Positions 36,283 through 47,891 of a DNA stretch of 64,000 nt are shown here, piece by piece. The stretch spans positions 28,557,810-28,621,809 of the forward strand of contig NC_052152.1 of the NCBI RefSeq assembly GCF_902713615.1. The letters run 5' to 3'. Origin of the DNA: Scyliorhinus canicula (Eukaryota). Numbering within the stretch: position 1 is the stretch's first letter; each line of letters starts with the position of its first letter. The notes below the pieces were generated by a model. That model was given only the letters and a program-made list of their open reading frames with translations. It ran no database searches and was not told the DNA's origin. Position numbers and translations under genes: made by a program.

Positions 36283-37390
36283 TTGTTTTTAAAAAAATGT
36301 ATTTTATTACAAACATGTATCAAAACAGGTTACAGCGAACAAACACCCCGGGAAACATGCTTCCCAACCAGCAACTATATAGTCTACGGATTTTTCCTCT
36401 TTTTCACCCCCCTCCCCCGGGACGAACATCTCCTCAAACACAAACATCTCCCATTTTTCCTCAAACCCCCGAAGAGCCCTTTAACTCATACTTTATCTTC
36501 TCTAATCGCAGGAAGTAGTACAGGTCACCCAACCAAACCGCCACCCCCAGTGGCGATGCCGACCGCCACTCCAGCAAAATTCACTGCCATGCAATCAGAG
36601 AGGCGAAGGCCAAGACATCGGCCGTCCTCCTCTCCATGAGCTTGGCTTCTCTGAGACCCCAAATATCGCCACCAAAGGGTTCGGGTCCACCTCCTCCTCC
36701 ACTATCCTGGCTAAGACTGCGAACACTCCTGCGCAGAACCGTCCCAATTTTTCACAACCCCAAAACATGTGCGCGTGATTTGCTGGCCCCCGCCCACACC
36801 TATCACACTCATCTTCTACCCCCGAAAGAACTCACTCATTCTCGCCCGAGTCATATGCACCACCTTAAACTGTATAACGCTCATCCTTGCACAAGAGGAG
36901 GTCCCGTTTAGCCTACGAAGTGCCTCACTCCAAGCTCCCCAATTGATTCCCCCCTCCCAACTCTGCTTCCCATTTCTCCTTGATCTTCACCACCCGCTCA
37001 TTTCCCTGCTCCCCCAGTCACTTGTATATATCCCCAATTTTTCCCTCCCATTCCACATCCGGGAGCAGCAGTCTCTCCAGCAAGGGAACCCTCTCCAGAC
37101 CTTTCGTGCAAAGTCCCTAACCTGCAGATACCTGAACTCACTCCCCCTCGGCAGCTCTACTCTCTCCCTTAGCTCCTCCAGGTTGGCGAACCCTTCCTCC
37201 AAATACAGGTTTGTCACCTTGACCAGCCCCACTTGCCTCCACCTGTATACAGTATCCATCACCCCCCCCCCCCCCCCCCCCCCACTCCACCCCCCGGCTC
37301 AAACTCATGATCCTCGCACAGCGGCTTTAGCATCGACATCCCTTCCACCCTAAAATGCCTCCTCAACTGATTCCAAATCTTCAGTAAAAC
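36283..37390 (-). mobile_element. 5'-truncated L1 3' fragment
   Basis: FRYLQVRDFARK-like ORF2 C-terminus; A-rich tail at ~36283-36305. Confidence 0.8.
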
Positions 37391-38579
37391 ATTTGTGGTG
37401 CAATTAGCATCTTTATAAACATAGAATACTGACAGTGCAGAAGGAGACCATTCAGCCCATCGAATCAACACCAACCTTCCAAACTAGCATCCAACCAAGG
37501 CCACCCCTCTACTCTATCCCTGTAACCCCATAACCCCACCTAACCTTTTAGAATAATCTTTATTGTCACAAGTAGGCTTACATTAACACTGCAATGAAGT
37601 TACTGTGAAAAGCCCCTAGTCGCCACATTCCGGTGCCTGTTTGGGTACACAGAGGGAGATTTCAGAATATCTAATTCACCTAACAGCAATTCTTTTGAGA
37701 TTTGTGGGAGGAAACCGGAGGACCCGGAGGAAATCCATACAGACACAGGAGAACATGCAGACGCCGCACAGTGACCCAAGCTGGGAATCAAACCTGGGAC
37801 CCTGGTGCTGTGAAGCAACAGTACTACCCACTGTGCTACCGTGGACACTACGGACAATTTAGCATGCCTAATCTACCTAACCTGCACATCTTTGGACTGT
37901 GGGAGGACCCGGAGGAAACCCACGCAGATCTGGGGAGAACGTACACCGCACAGACAGTCACCCAAGCCTGGAATTGAACCCGGGTCCTTGGTGCTATAAG
38001 CAACAGTGCTAACCACTGTGCTACCGCGCCGCCCAAACGGCAGCACAACAATACTTATTAAATCTCCCTCCCATGCCATTCCTCTCATGGTCATTCCCAT
38101 CACATTCCTTTCATCCATCTCTATATCAATCCATTCCATTTCACATTCTTCTCTTTCTATATCATCCCCATCCCAAATGCCAACTCTCCCATGCCTTCCC
38201 AAATCCCACTCCATCTCCTGTGCATTCCCATTCAATGCCATCCCTATCACCCACTCCGTCATGCCATCGCCAACTCCCACTCCTGTGTTATTACCCCTCC
38301 CTACTCCCTCTAGCTGAGTGCTTTATATTTGACGAGGGACCCTCATATTAGGCTATCTCTAAGACCACCTACTTCCCCCTCTACAGTGTCGCCCCACTCT
38401 GCCTCTATCTCAGTTCATCTGCCGAAACACTAAATTATGCATTTGCTACTTGGTGACTTGACTATTGCACTCCTAGTGGGTCTCCCACATTCTACCCTCC
38501 ATAAACTTGAGGTCATCCAAAATTCTGCTGCCTGTGGACTTAACTTGTAGCAAGCCCAGTTCCCCATCATCCACAATGA

Positions 38580-38707
38580 TAAAATACTGTGGCCGTTGGA
38601 AATCTGAAATAAGAACAAAAATGCTGGAAAATAAACTCGGCACGTCGGGCAGCAGCTGCGGAGAAAAACAGAGTTAACGTTTCAGGTGGACGAGCTTTCA
38701 TCAGAAC
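38580..38707 (-). mobile_element. Penelope relic with degenerate hammerhead core, inside an L2 fragment (38330-39150)
   Basis: Minus strand GUU-CUGAUGA-AAGCUCGUCCACCU-GAAA-CG-UU-AAC, followed by the family tail. Confidence 0.65.
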
Positions 38708-39657
38708 CTATCAGACCTGTGCTCATTGAACTGCATTGGCTCCCAGTCAAGCAACATCTTGATCTTAAAATCGTCGTCCTTTTTTTCAGATTGCCTTGCA
38801 CCTCCTATCTCTGTGATCCCCTGCAAACCTACAATCCCCCCGAGATATCTGTTCTCCACTAATTCTGGCCTCTTGTGCATTTTCAATCAGAACTGTTGCA
38901 CTATCGGTGGCTGTGTCTTCAACGACTAGGCCTCAAGGTTTGGAATTCTCTCTCTGAACCTTTTGACTTCTCTACTTCACGTTCCTCCTTAAAGATATTC
39001 CTCAAAACCTACCTCTTTGACCAAACTTTTGGTCATCTGACCTAATATCTCCTTAAGCGGCTCAGTGTCATATTTAGTTCTATGATGTTCTTGTGAAGTG
39101 CCTTGGGACATTTTATTCTGTTAAAGGCATTGTATACATATAAATTATTTTATTGTTGCAATTCTAGAACATTAAAATTTTGAATGGGCAATTTATTGAA
39201 ATGATGGAACCAAGCTGGCTGTCTATCACCTTTTTATTGGTGTGGTGCTGGTTTAAACCAGAGCGGTTTAGCTCAGTTGGCAGGAGTGCTGGTTCGTGAT
39301 GCAGGGCGAGGCCAACAGTGAAGGTTCACCTTTTATATTGCACCACCTGTGGGAAAGTTAATGCATAATTCAAATCCAAGACATCCTTAAGAATGGCAAC
39401 TTAAAATTTAGGACACCCTGCATTAATGTCGGATCATTAGTGCTTAGTTGCCTATAGCTAATGAGAAAATGCACTAAGTTTACATCTCGATGCTGCCATA
39501 ATTGCTTCGTGCCAAGTTGTGCTATCTTAACCATTCCAGATATTATGAATTAAAGATTCTACCAATAGTGCATTGGTTGAAGCATTAAACCATATGTCTT
39601 TGAAGAGAAGAGTGAAAGAAAGGCTTGCATTTATATAGCACCTTTCACAAACACCAG

Positions 39658-40363
39658 GGGCGGAATCCCCCCCCCCCCCCCCCCCAGGCCGGGTGGGGGG
39701 GAATCGCCGGGGTGCCGTGCGAATCACGCCACGCCGCCCCGACCCCGGCACGCGATTCTCCCACCAACCCCCGAAACCAGCGCCGCGTGAATCTCGCCGG
39801 GCTGCTCGATTCGGAGAATCGCCGCAAATGGAGAGTGGCGATTCTCCAGCCCGAACGGGTAATGCGTAAACGGCCTAGTCCTGCTGACGCCGTCCACACC
39901 TGGTCGCTGCAGGCAGGTACTCATCGCGAAGGCTTGGAGGGCGGCCTGTGAGGGGGGGGGGGGGGGGGGAGGGCACTCCGTTCCCGGGGTGGGCCTCTGA
40001 TGGGCCGGACTCTTTCCCCCCCCCCAAGCGGGCCTACTTCCTTGCACGACCGGCCCCAGAACCCTGGCGCCATGTTGGTGAGGGGCCGGAGCGCTCCGCG
40101 AGGTTACTGCGCATGTGTCGGTTGCCACTGGAGCCACTCCGCATGTCATTGTTGGCGCCGGCGCAGCCGCACATGTGCAGATCCCGCGGCACCCAGTTCG
40201 TGCTGGGATATATGGCTGGAGTGTCGCAAACCACTCCAGCGCCACGCTGGGCCCCTGTAGAGGCCAGAATGCGACGTGGGAGCAGCCTGCTCATGCCCTC
40301 GTAAAACGCGACGGCGTTTGCGACGGCATGGACACTCTGCTTCCATTTCGGAGAATCCCGCCC
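39658..40363. mobile_element. GC-rich PIF/Harbinger-like MITE inserted in a Deu-domain SINE
   Basis: GGGCGGAATC...GAATCCCGCCC termini; same family at 46927-47506, 57601-58267 and a remnant at 1-135. Confidence 0.7.
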
Positions 40364-40366
40364 CCG

Positions 40367-40780
40367 ATGTCTCAAGGTGCTTTACAGCCAATTAAGTTTC
40401 AAAGTGTAGTCACTGTTGCAGTGTCGGAAATGTGGCAACCAATCTCCACACAACAAACTCCCACAAGCAGTAATGTGATAATGACCAGATACTATGTTTT
40501 TGTGATGTTGATTGAGGGATAAATATTGGCCAGGACACCAGGGATAACTCCCTAACCCTTCAAAATAGTGCCACTGGGCCACGGAATCTTTCACAATCAC
40601 CTGAGAAGGCAAATGGGGGCCATACTTTCTTATCCAAAAGGTGGCACCTCTGACGGTGCAGTTCTCCCTCAGTACTACACTTGAGTGTCAGTGTTAGGTT
40701 CTGGACTCAAACCTTACAGTGGGGCTTGATCCCAGAACCTTGAGACTATGAGGCGAGAGTGCTATAATTTGAACTGACAC
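40367..40780 (-). mobile_element. Deu-domain SINE (SacSINE1/AmnSINE1-like); another copy at ~55140-55640
   Basis: atgtgataatgaccagat..gttgattgagggataaatattggccaggacacc..cttcaaaatagtgcc core, recognised by eye. Confidence 0.7.
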
Positions 40781-40897
40781 ATTTTCCTTACTATAAACCA
40801 CACAGGCAATCTTCATCTGCAACTTCTTAATTATGCTCCCTGCATTTAAGCCTAAATCACTGATAAATACCATGAACAGAAAGAACCCATTACTGAG

Positions 40898-41831
40898 TGT
40901 TGCTCGTTCTGGGTGAGTGTGCTTAACACTCAATTTAGCTCTGTTTCGTTACTTAGCTCTGGAGTCGCCAGGTATCGTTAAGATACCGCCACAGGTTTCA
41001 AGGTCAATTTCAAAGCAATAAAACCATACACCAATTAGTAAGTTCAAACAAATGAGTTTATTATAATACAATTATAATACTACCCATGCACACGCTAAGA
41101 TGATTAAACTATTCCTACCACTAAATAAACCAATACTTATCTTAAAGAGAACTGCCGGATCAGGGGACAAGGCCTCTTTCTCTGCACTGGTCCGCAGACT
41201 TCAGGTTGGTACGGGTTAAAAAGGTGTCAAGAGAGTCTATCTCTGGTAGCGACCGTTGTGAGACTTCCTTGCTGGCAGCTGCTGTCCCAAACCTCTCCTC
41301 TCTCTCGGTCAAGGTCTTCTTTGGTAAAAGCTGGTCAAGAGGGCTGGTCCAGAGAGGAGGGCTGGTCAAGAAGAATGAACTAAGTTTAGGACCTGTCTTT
41401 TATAGGTCGCAGGGCTTCGCGCCCTTTTGGGCAGGTTCTCTACCTGCTGGGAATCGATTGGGTCTCTTCCCAGTCGATTGGTTTGAATCCCCCCAATACT
41501 GAGGCTGTCTCTCGGCTACTGGGCGGGCCTTCAGGTGCTTTGTTTTCAAACCCTGCTGGTGCCGGGGTGTCTGGTTTCCCATACACTGTTGCAATCACTT
41601 TCCTATTTGTGTCCATTGTCCCTGGGATCGTTCCATTACTATGTTAACTATCCCGGAGATTGCCTCATGAGTATGCGGAATGTTCGTTTCGGTGCTGTCT
41701 GCTCTCTTAGCAGACAGAATACACATTGACTTGATGCAGCCTGCTTGTGCTGCAAACTTTGTCCATTTTAACCTGCAAGCTTTGCGTTCCTCCATTTTGT
41801 GTTGAGGGAATGGCCAACTTCGGTGGCTACA
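40898..41831 (-). mobile_element. Solo LTR
   Basis: TGTTGCTCGTTCTG...GGTGGCTACA; 4-bp TSD TGAG; reverse-complement homolog of 19698-20778. Confidence 0.9.
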
Positions 41832-42374
41832 TGAGTGCTCAACATTTAAATTTGAAAGAGAAGTAATTGAGGGAGATTAATTGCAGTAAGACTAAGAGGA
41901 AGAGCAGGCAGGGAGAAGTTGCTGAACACAGCAGGACTGGTGGTCTGAAGTTCATTTGTTTCAACGCGGGAAATATAAGTCAAAAAGAAAAAGGAGGCAT
42001 TCGTAAGGTTGAGAAGGCCGAGAACAAATAAAGACATTGAAGAATATAAAGACCATAGGAAGGAACTACCCATGTTTGCATGGGTCTCACCATCACAACG
42101 CAAAGATGTTCAGGTCAGGTGGATTGGCCACACTAAATTGTCCCTCAATTCCAAAAAAAATAATTGGGTACTTCAAATTTTTTAAAAAGGAAGGAACTTA
42201 AGCAAAGAGTTAGTAGGGCGAAAAGAGGTCATGAAAAGTCCTTGGCAAACAGGATTAAAGAGAATCCCAAGGCATTTTATATGTATATAAAGAGCAAAAG
42301 GATAGCCAGGGAAAGAGTTGGCTCAATCAAGGACAGAAGAGGGAATCAATGCATGGAGCCAGAGGAAATGGGCG

Positions 42375-45300
42375 AATATCAATAGATTTGAAGGGACACT
42401 CCAGGGTGCATTCCGTTAATTGATCATAATGTTGGGCGGCACGGTGGCACAGTGGTTAGCATTGCTGCCTACGGCACTGAGGACCCGGGTTCGAATCCCG
42501 GCCCTGGGTCACTGTCCGTGAGGAGTTTGCACGTTCTCCCCGTGTCTGCGTGGGTTTCACCCCCACAACCCAAAGATGTGCAGGATAGGTGGATTGGCTA
42601 CGCTAAATTGCCCCTTAATTGGAAAAAATAATTGAGCACTCTAAATTTAAAAAAAAAAAATTGATCATAATGTAGATATTGGAAACTCCGAACTGATAAA
42701 GCATCACTCATACCACCTGAATCCACGCAAAATGGCTCAGTTATAGGCAGAGATCTAATATATGGGCATAATCTAATATAATTTGTGGGCAGCATGGTAG
42801 CATGGTGGTTAGCATAAATGCTTCACAGCTCCAGGGTCCCAGGTTCGATTCCCGGCTGGGTCACTGTCTGTGCGGAGTCTGCACGTCCTCCCCGTGTGTG
42901 CGTGGGTTTCCTCCGGGTGCTCCGGTTTCCTCCCACAGTCCAAAGATGTGTGGGTTAGGTGGATTGGCCATGCTAAATTGCCCATAGTGTCCTAAAAAGT
43001 AAGGTTAAGGGGGTTGTTGGGTTACGGGTATAGGGTGGATACGTGGGTTTGAGTAGGGTGATCATGGCTCGGCACAACATCGAGGGCCGAAGGGCCTGTT
43101 CTGTGCTGTACTGTTCTATGTTCTATGTTCTATATGTTGGAAAATAACTTAATTGAGCCCAGTAGGAAGAATTGGAGCTCGTCGGTAGTATTAATGCCTA
43201 CGCCGTGTGGAACCGCGCGGTTCTGCATCAATTACCAGCAAATAAATGACATCACCAAAACCGATTCATATCCAATTCCAAGATTGCAGGACTGCATTGA
43301 TAGAACAGGTAGTGCCTTCTTCCTGTCAAAGATTGATCTGTTGAAAGGTTATTGGCAGGTCCCGTTAACTCCCAGGCAAAGGAGAAAGCCACCTTTGTAA
43401 CGCCCCAAGGACTGTTTCAATGCGGGGTAATGCTGTTTGGACTCAAAAATACACCAGCAACATTCCTTTGGCTTATGTCCCAAGTAGTGGCTGAAGTGCC
43501 TAACTGTGTGGTCTACTTGGACGATGTGGTAGTGCACAGTGAGACGTGGAACAAACATGCGGAGCAATTGGAGGAGCTATTCAGACAACTGGAGTTGGCC
43601 AGGCTAGTAATTAATTTGCCCAAAACCAGGTTTGCCAGGCAAAAGTCACCTATGTAGGCCATATGGTGGGACAGGGGCAAGTGGAGCCCAGATCAGCCAA
43701 AGTAAGGGACTTTCCCTCTCCCAAAACTAAATGGGAAATTATGAGGTTCCAGGGTATGTGTGGATTCATTAGGAAATTCTACTGAACTTCAGTACTATAG
43801 TGGTACCTTTTAGCCAATGTGCTAGTGAAGGAAGTGAAAATAGTTTGCCCGCAGACTGTCAAGAGGCGTTTAAGAAGTTGAGGGCCATCTTAATTAGCGA
43901 ATCGGTGCTGGAGGCCCCAGAATTTTCCAGAACATTTAAAATGGCCACAGGTGCTAGTGCCCTGAGAGTAGGAGCAGTGCTACTACAAGATGACGATGCA
44001 GGAATAGAGAGGCCAGTGGGATATTTTTCAAAAACACCAAGTCCGTGCTAAAGAAAGTATTCCACCATTGAAAAGCCTTGCTATTAGCCCTTCAGCACTT
44101 TGAAGTATATGTCTGACATGACAATCAACAAAGCTTCATTTATTTGTGCAGACCATAATCCACTAGCATTTAGAGAGATTTAAAGCCCAGAATGCAAGGT
44201 TATTCTGTTAATGTCTACATTATGATCAATTAACGGAGTGCACCCTGGAGTGTCCCTTCAAATTTATTGATATTTTCTCAAGTGTCTTGATTAGATCTTT
44301 TCTCTTATTATTTCAACAGTTCAACATTAAAATTGTACACATTCCCAGAAAGGATAATGTGATTGTAAATGCTTTGTCATGTGTTTAAAGGCTGACTAGT
44401 TCCCAATTTAGAGACTGGAAAGGGAACTTATATAATGGGGATGGATTAGATGGATATGTTTTTGTGATTTATGTCTTGCATACTTCATAATGAAATATCC
44501 GTGCACTGGCATTTCATTCTTTTAGGGATTGAAGTATGTAAGAGTCCTTCCTGGTTATTCCCTTATTTCCTCTTTCTTTTCTTTTGCCATTATAATTTTT
44601 GATCCATGGGTGATTAATGGACATGTATCTTTAAGTCAAGCAGAAAGAGAATGATGAATTCAGAAGTTACAGGAGGGAAGACTCGGTTAGTCTCTGCTAG
44701 TTTGAACAGGATTTTTGTCACTACAGCGAGAGATGGAGTGGGACTTAGTTTGATTGATTGGCTGGGGGTCAATGAATTGGCCCAAAAGGTTGTTCTCAGC
44801 CTGATAGCAGGTGGTGCTTTGATCCAGCGGAATGACTTTCAGAGTCTCAAGGAGCTCAGTTTGACTCCCAAATGCACAGGGACAAGGACTCTCTCTTTCT
44901 CTCCTCCGTGTTTTCTCCAGAAAGGCTGCGAGTGCTGTATTTCTGGTCCTGCAGGGACCCTGAATGAACGAATCTCCAGGAAATCTATTACAGACTTCAA
45001 ACAAAGACCAGGACCCTCTTTCTCTCTCCAGAAAGGCTGTGAGTGCTATATTTCTGAAACTACAAAGGCCTGACTGAATCTACAGTAACGCCTCGGACTG
45101 AAAGTAGAGTTTAAAGAGGAATAAGGGCTGGAAACAAAGCCTCTTTTTCCCTTTACCTATGATTTTTAAAAACTCCTTTCTTCCCCACTTAGTTTGTCTG
45201 TCTTGTGTGTGTGTGTATAGAGAGAGTGGGGTAAAGTGGGGAATTAAGTATTAGTTGAAAGTTAACCAGTTGTATTTGCTGCATATTTCATTATAGTTCT

Positions 45301-45475
45301 TGTGATTAAAAAACAGTAATTGTGTTCACATTTACAAATCTGGTGACTGTAATTATTGGGCAGCCATGGGCCAAAGACTTTGGGCATTTTGCGAAGAATT
45401 ATTGGTTAATTCACTTGTGTTGTGACTCTGGGTCAAGTGGGGCTGAAATTGACCACGCACTAGGGTGTCGTAACA
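42375..45475 (+). mobile_element. 5'-truncated degenerate Gypsy (RT/RNase H plus 3' LTR 44537-45475) with two nested SINEs
   Basis: DSYPIPR..IDLLKGYWQVPL, VYLDDVV, GAVLLQ..ERPVGYFSK; LTR TGTAAG...GTAACA. Confidence 0.8.
42787..43131 (+). mobile_element. Full-length HE1 V-SINE
   Basis: tRNA-like head, V core, CR1-type tail gggccgaagggcctgttctgtgctgtactg(TTCTATG)n. Confidence 0.9.
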
Positions 45476-47891
45476 TTTGCTGCAAGCAGTTGTTGAAGCA
45501 GAGTCCATAAATTTAAATGGGAGGCTGGACAGTTGTTTGAAAGAGAAGTGTGAGAAAGTATATAGGAGTAAATAGGAGAGTAAGACTAGACAGACAATCT
45601 AGCATGTGGGAAACAAAACAGTAACACAATGGTTGGCTTTAGTGTCTAATATTGTATCAATTTAGCTCTGATAATATTGTATCAGTTTAGCTCTGGGCTT
45701 CTGTTTCATGCCAACAATTGAATGTCTGTTGACTTTAAGGACTTTTAGCTTCTATTGTGTCAAGTGTCGTGCGCCAGCCCCCGCACCGTGGAATTCAACC
45801 CCACTACTCCAAGCTTGCAATGTGCAATTGAAATCTACTTGTGTTTACTGAGCCGACTTGTTTCTATGCTTGCAATATTTTGTCCTCCATTATTAAATTG
45901 AGGACCTACATCTATAAAATTCCGTAGAAACTCCTACTCATTTTTCAGATAGATAATATTAAAATCTAATTACATTTTCTAGTTAAATAGTCAAACTCAT
46001 AATGCTATTTCCAACTGGGTCATGATAAAATACTGGATACAGTGTTCATCAACAGCCTTTCTAATGTGAGTTCACCGTTTGTCCCTCTGTTCAGATTCCT
46101 CCATGGCTTTGTACCTCCAAATCTATGTAACCTTCCAAGCCTGACCTTTAGTATATGCACCACTTATCTTGCCCTACCACTAGTGACCATGCTGTCCGCT
46201 ATCTAGGTCCTTAGGCACTGGGCGTTTATCCCTAAATCTCTCGACTTCTCTTTTTTAAAATCCTTAAAATCTACTTTAAACAATGCTTTTGGTCACTTGG
46301 CCTAATTCGTTGGCTTGGTGTCAACTTATTTCTAATGATACTCCTGTGAAGCAATTTGAGCATTTACTACATTAAATTGGTGGGAAAAAACTGCATATGG
46401 AATCCTTTCATTTATTAGCCCAGATATAGAATACAAGAGTGGAAGGGTTATACAGTAATAATCTAAAACATTAGCTTGGCCACAACCTGATTACTGTGTG
46501 CAGTTCTGGTCACTTAATCTCAGAAAGAATGGCTGGGATTTTACAGCCCTGCCGTGGCAGAACCCACCATGAGGAATGTGGCGTCCTAGCCAATACTCGA
46601 CTATCTGCGAAACCGGATTATCCCAGTGGTGGATGGGGCTGGAAAGTCCAACCCAAGCAATTGCACTAGGCAGGGTGCAGAGGAGATTTACGAGGATGTT
46701 ACCAGAACTGTAAAACTTCAGATATGACGAAAGATTGGATCGGTTGTGGTTGTTCTCCTTGGAACAGAAGAGGCTGAGGGGAGATTTGATTGAGATGAAC
46801 AAAATTGTGAGGTGCATGGATAGAGTGGATTGGCAGGGCCTAATAAACTGGGCAGAGAGGTCAGTGATTAGGGGACATAGAATTAAAGTGATTGGTAGAA
46901 GGGTTAAAACGGAGATGAGGAAATGTGTGCGAGATTCTCTGATCCCGAGGCTAAGGGTTGACTCAGTCGTAAACGCCGTCACATTTCTCAACGGCATCAA
47001 CGTGCCCTCAGGATCAGCGATTCTGACCCCGACAGAGCACCAGCACCTCACTAGAGTGACTCACGCCGCTCCAGCTGCCGATTCCCTGCATCAGATGGGC
47101 ACCGAGGGTCTGCGTATGAGCAGTGGGACCAGCACCAACGCGCACATGCGCAGTGGGACCAGAACGATTGCCGCACACGCGCAGTGGCTCCGTTCTCTGT
47201 GCCGGCCCCGACGCAACATGGCGTAGGGCTACAGGGGCCGGCACTGAACAAAAGAGACCCCCAGCCTGAGAGGCCGGCCCGCCGATCGGTGGGCCGGATC
47301 GCGGGCCAGGCCACAGCGGAGGCCCCCACCAGGGTCGGACGCTCCTCCCCCCACCACCAGGCCACACCCGGATGCATCCACACAGAGGTCCCACCAGGTA
47401 AGAGCAGGTGTGAACGGCGCCGGCGGGCCTTGGCTTTTTTTTGTGTGGCCGCTCGGCCCATTCCGGCGATTCTCCGGCCCGGCCCTGGGGTGAGAGAATC
47501 CCGCCCTATATTTTCACACTGAGGGTTGTGGGGATCTGGAACTCAGTCTGAAAGAGTAGTAGGTGCACAAACACTCAATTCGATATGCACCTCAGGTTCT
47601 GTAACCTGCAGAGCTACGGACCAAATGCTGGAAAGTGGGATTAGGCTGGGTGGCTAGTTTTTCAACAGCACAGAAATGATGGGCCAAGTGACCTCTTTCT
47701 GTGCCACATTTCATTTCATTTCAAACCTTACACTATTGTGTTGTTATTGAAATGTGTGGAAGAAATCCGATGATGAGTGGTTAAATTCCCCCCCAGAATC
47801 TGCCAGAAATTGATCTGCCTATTGACACCTGTTTAACTGCATCGAATGGCATTTTGAAATTTGCTACAAAAAGGTTAACTCTCATACACGT

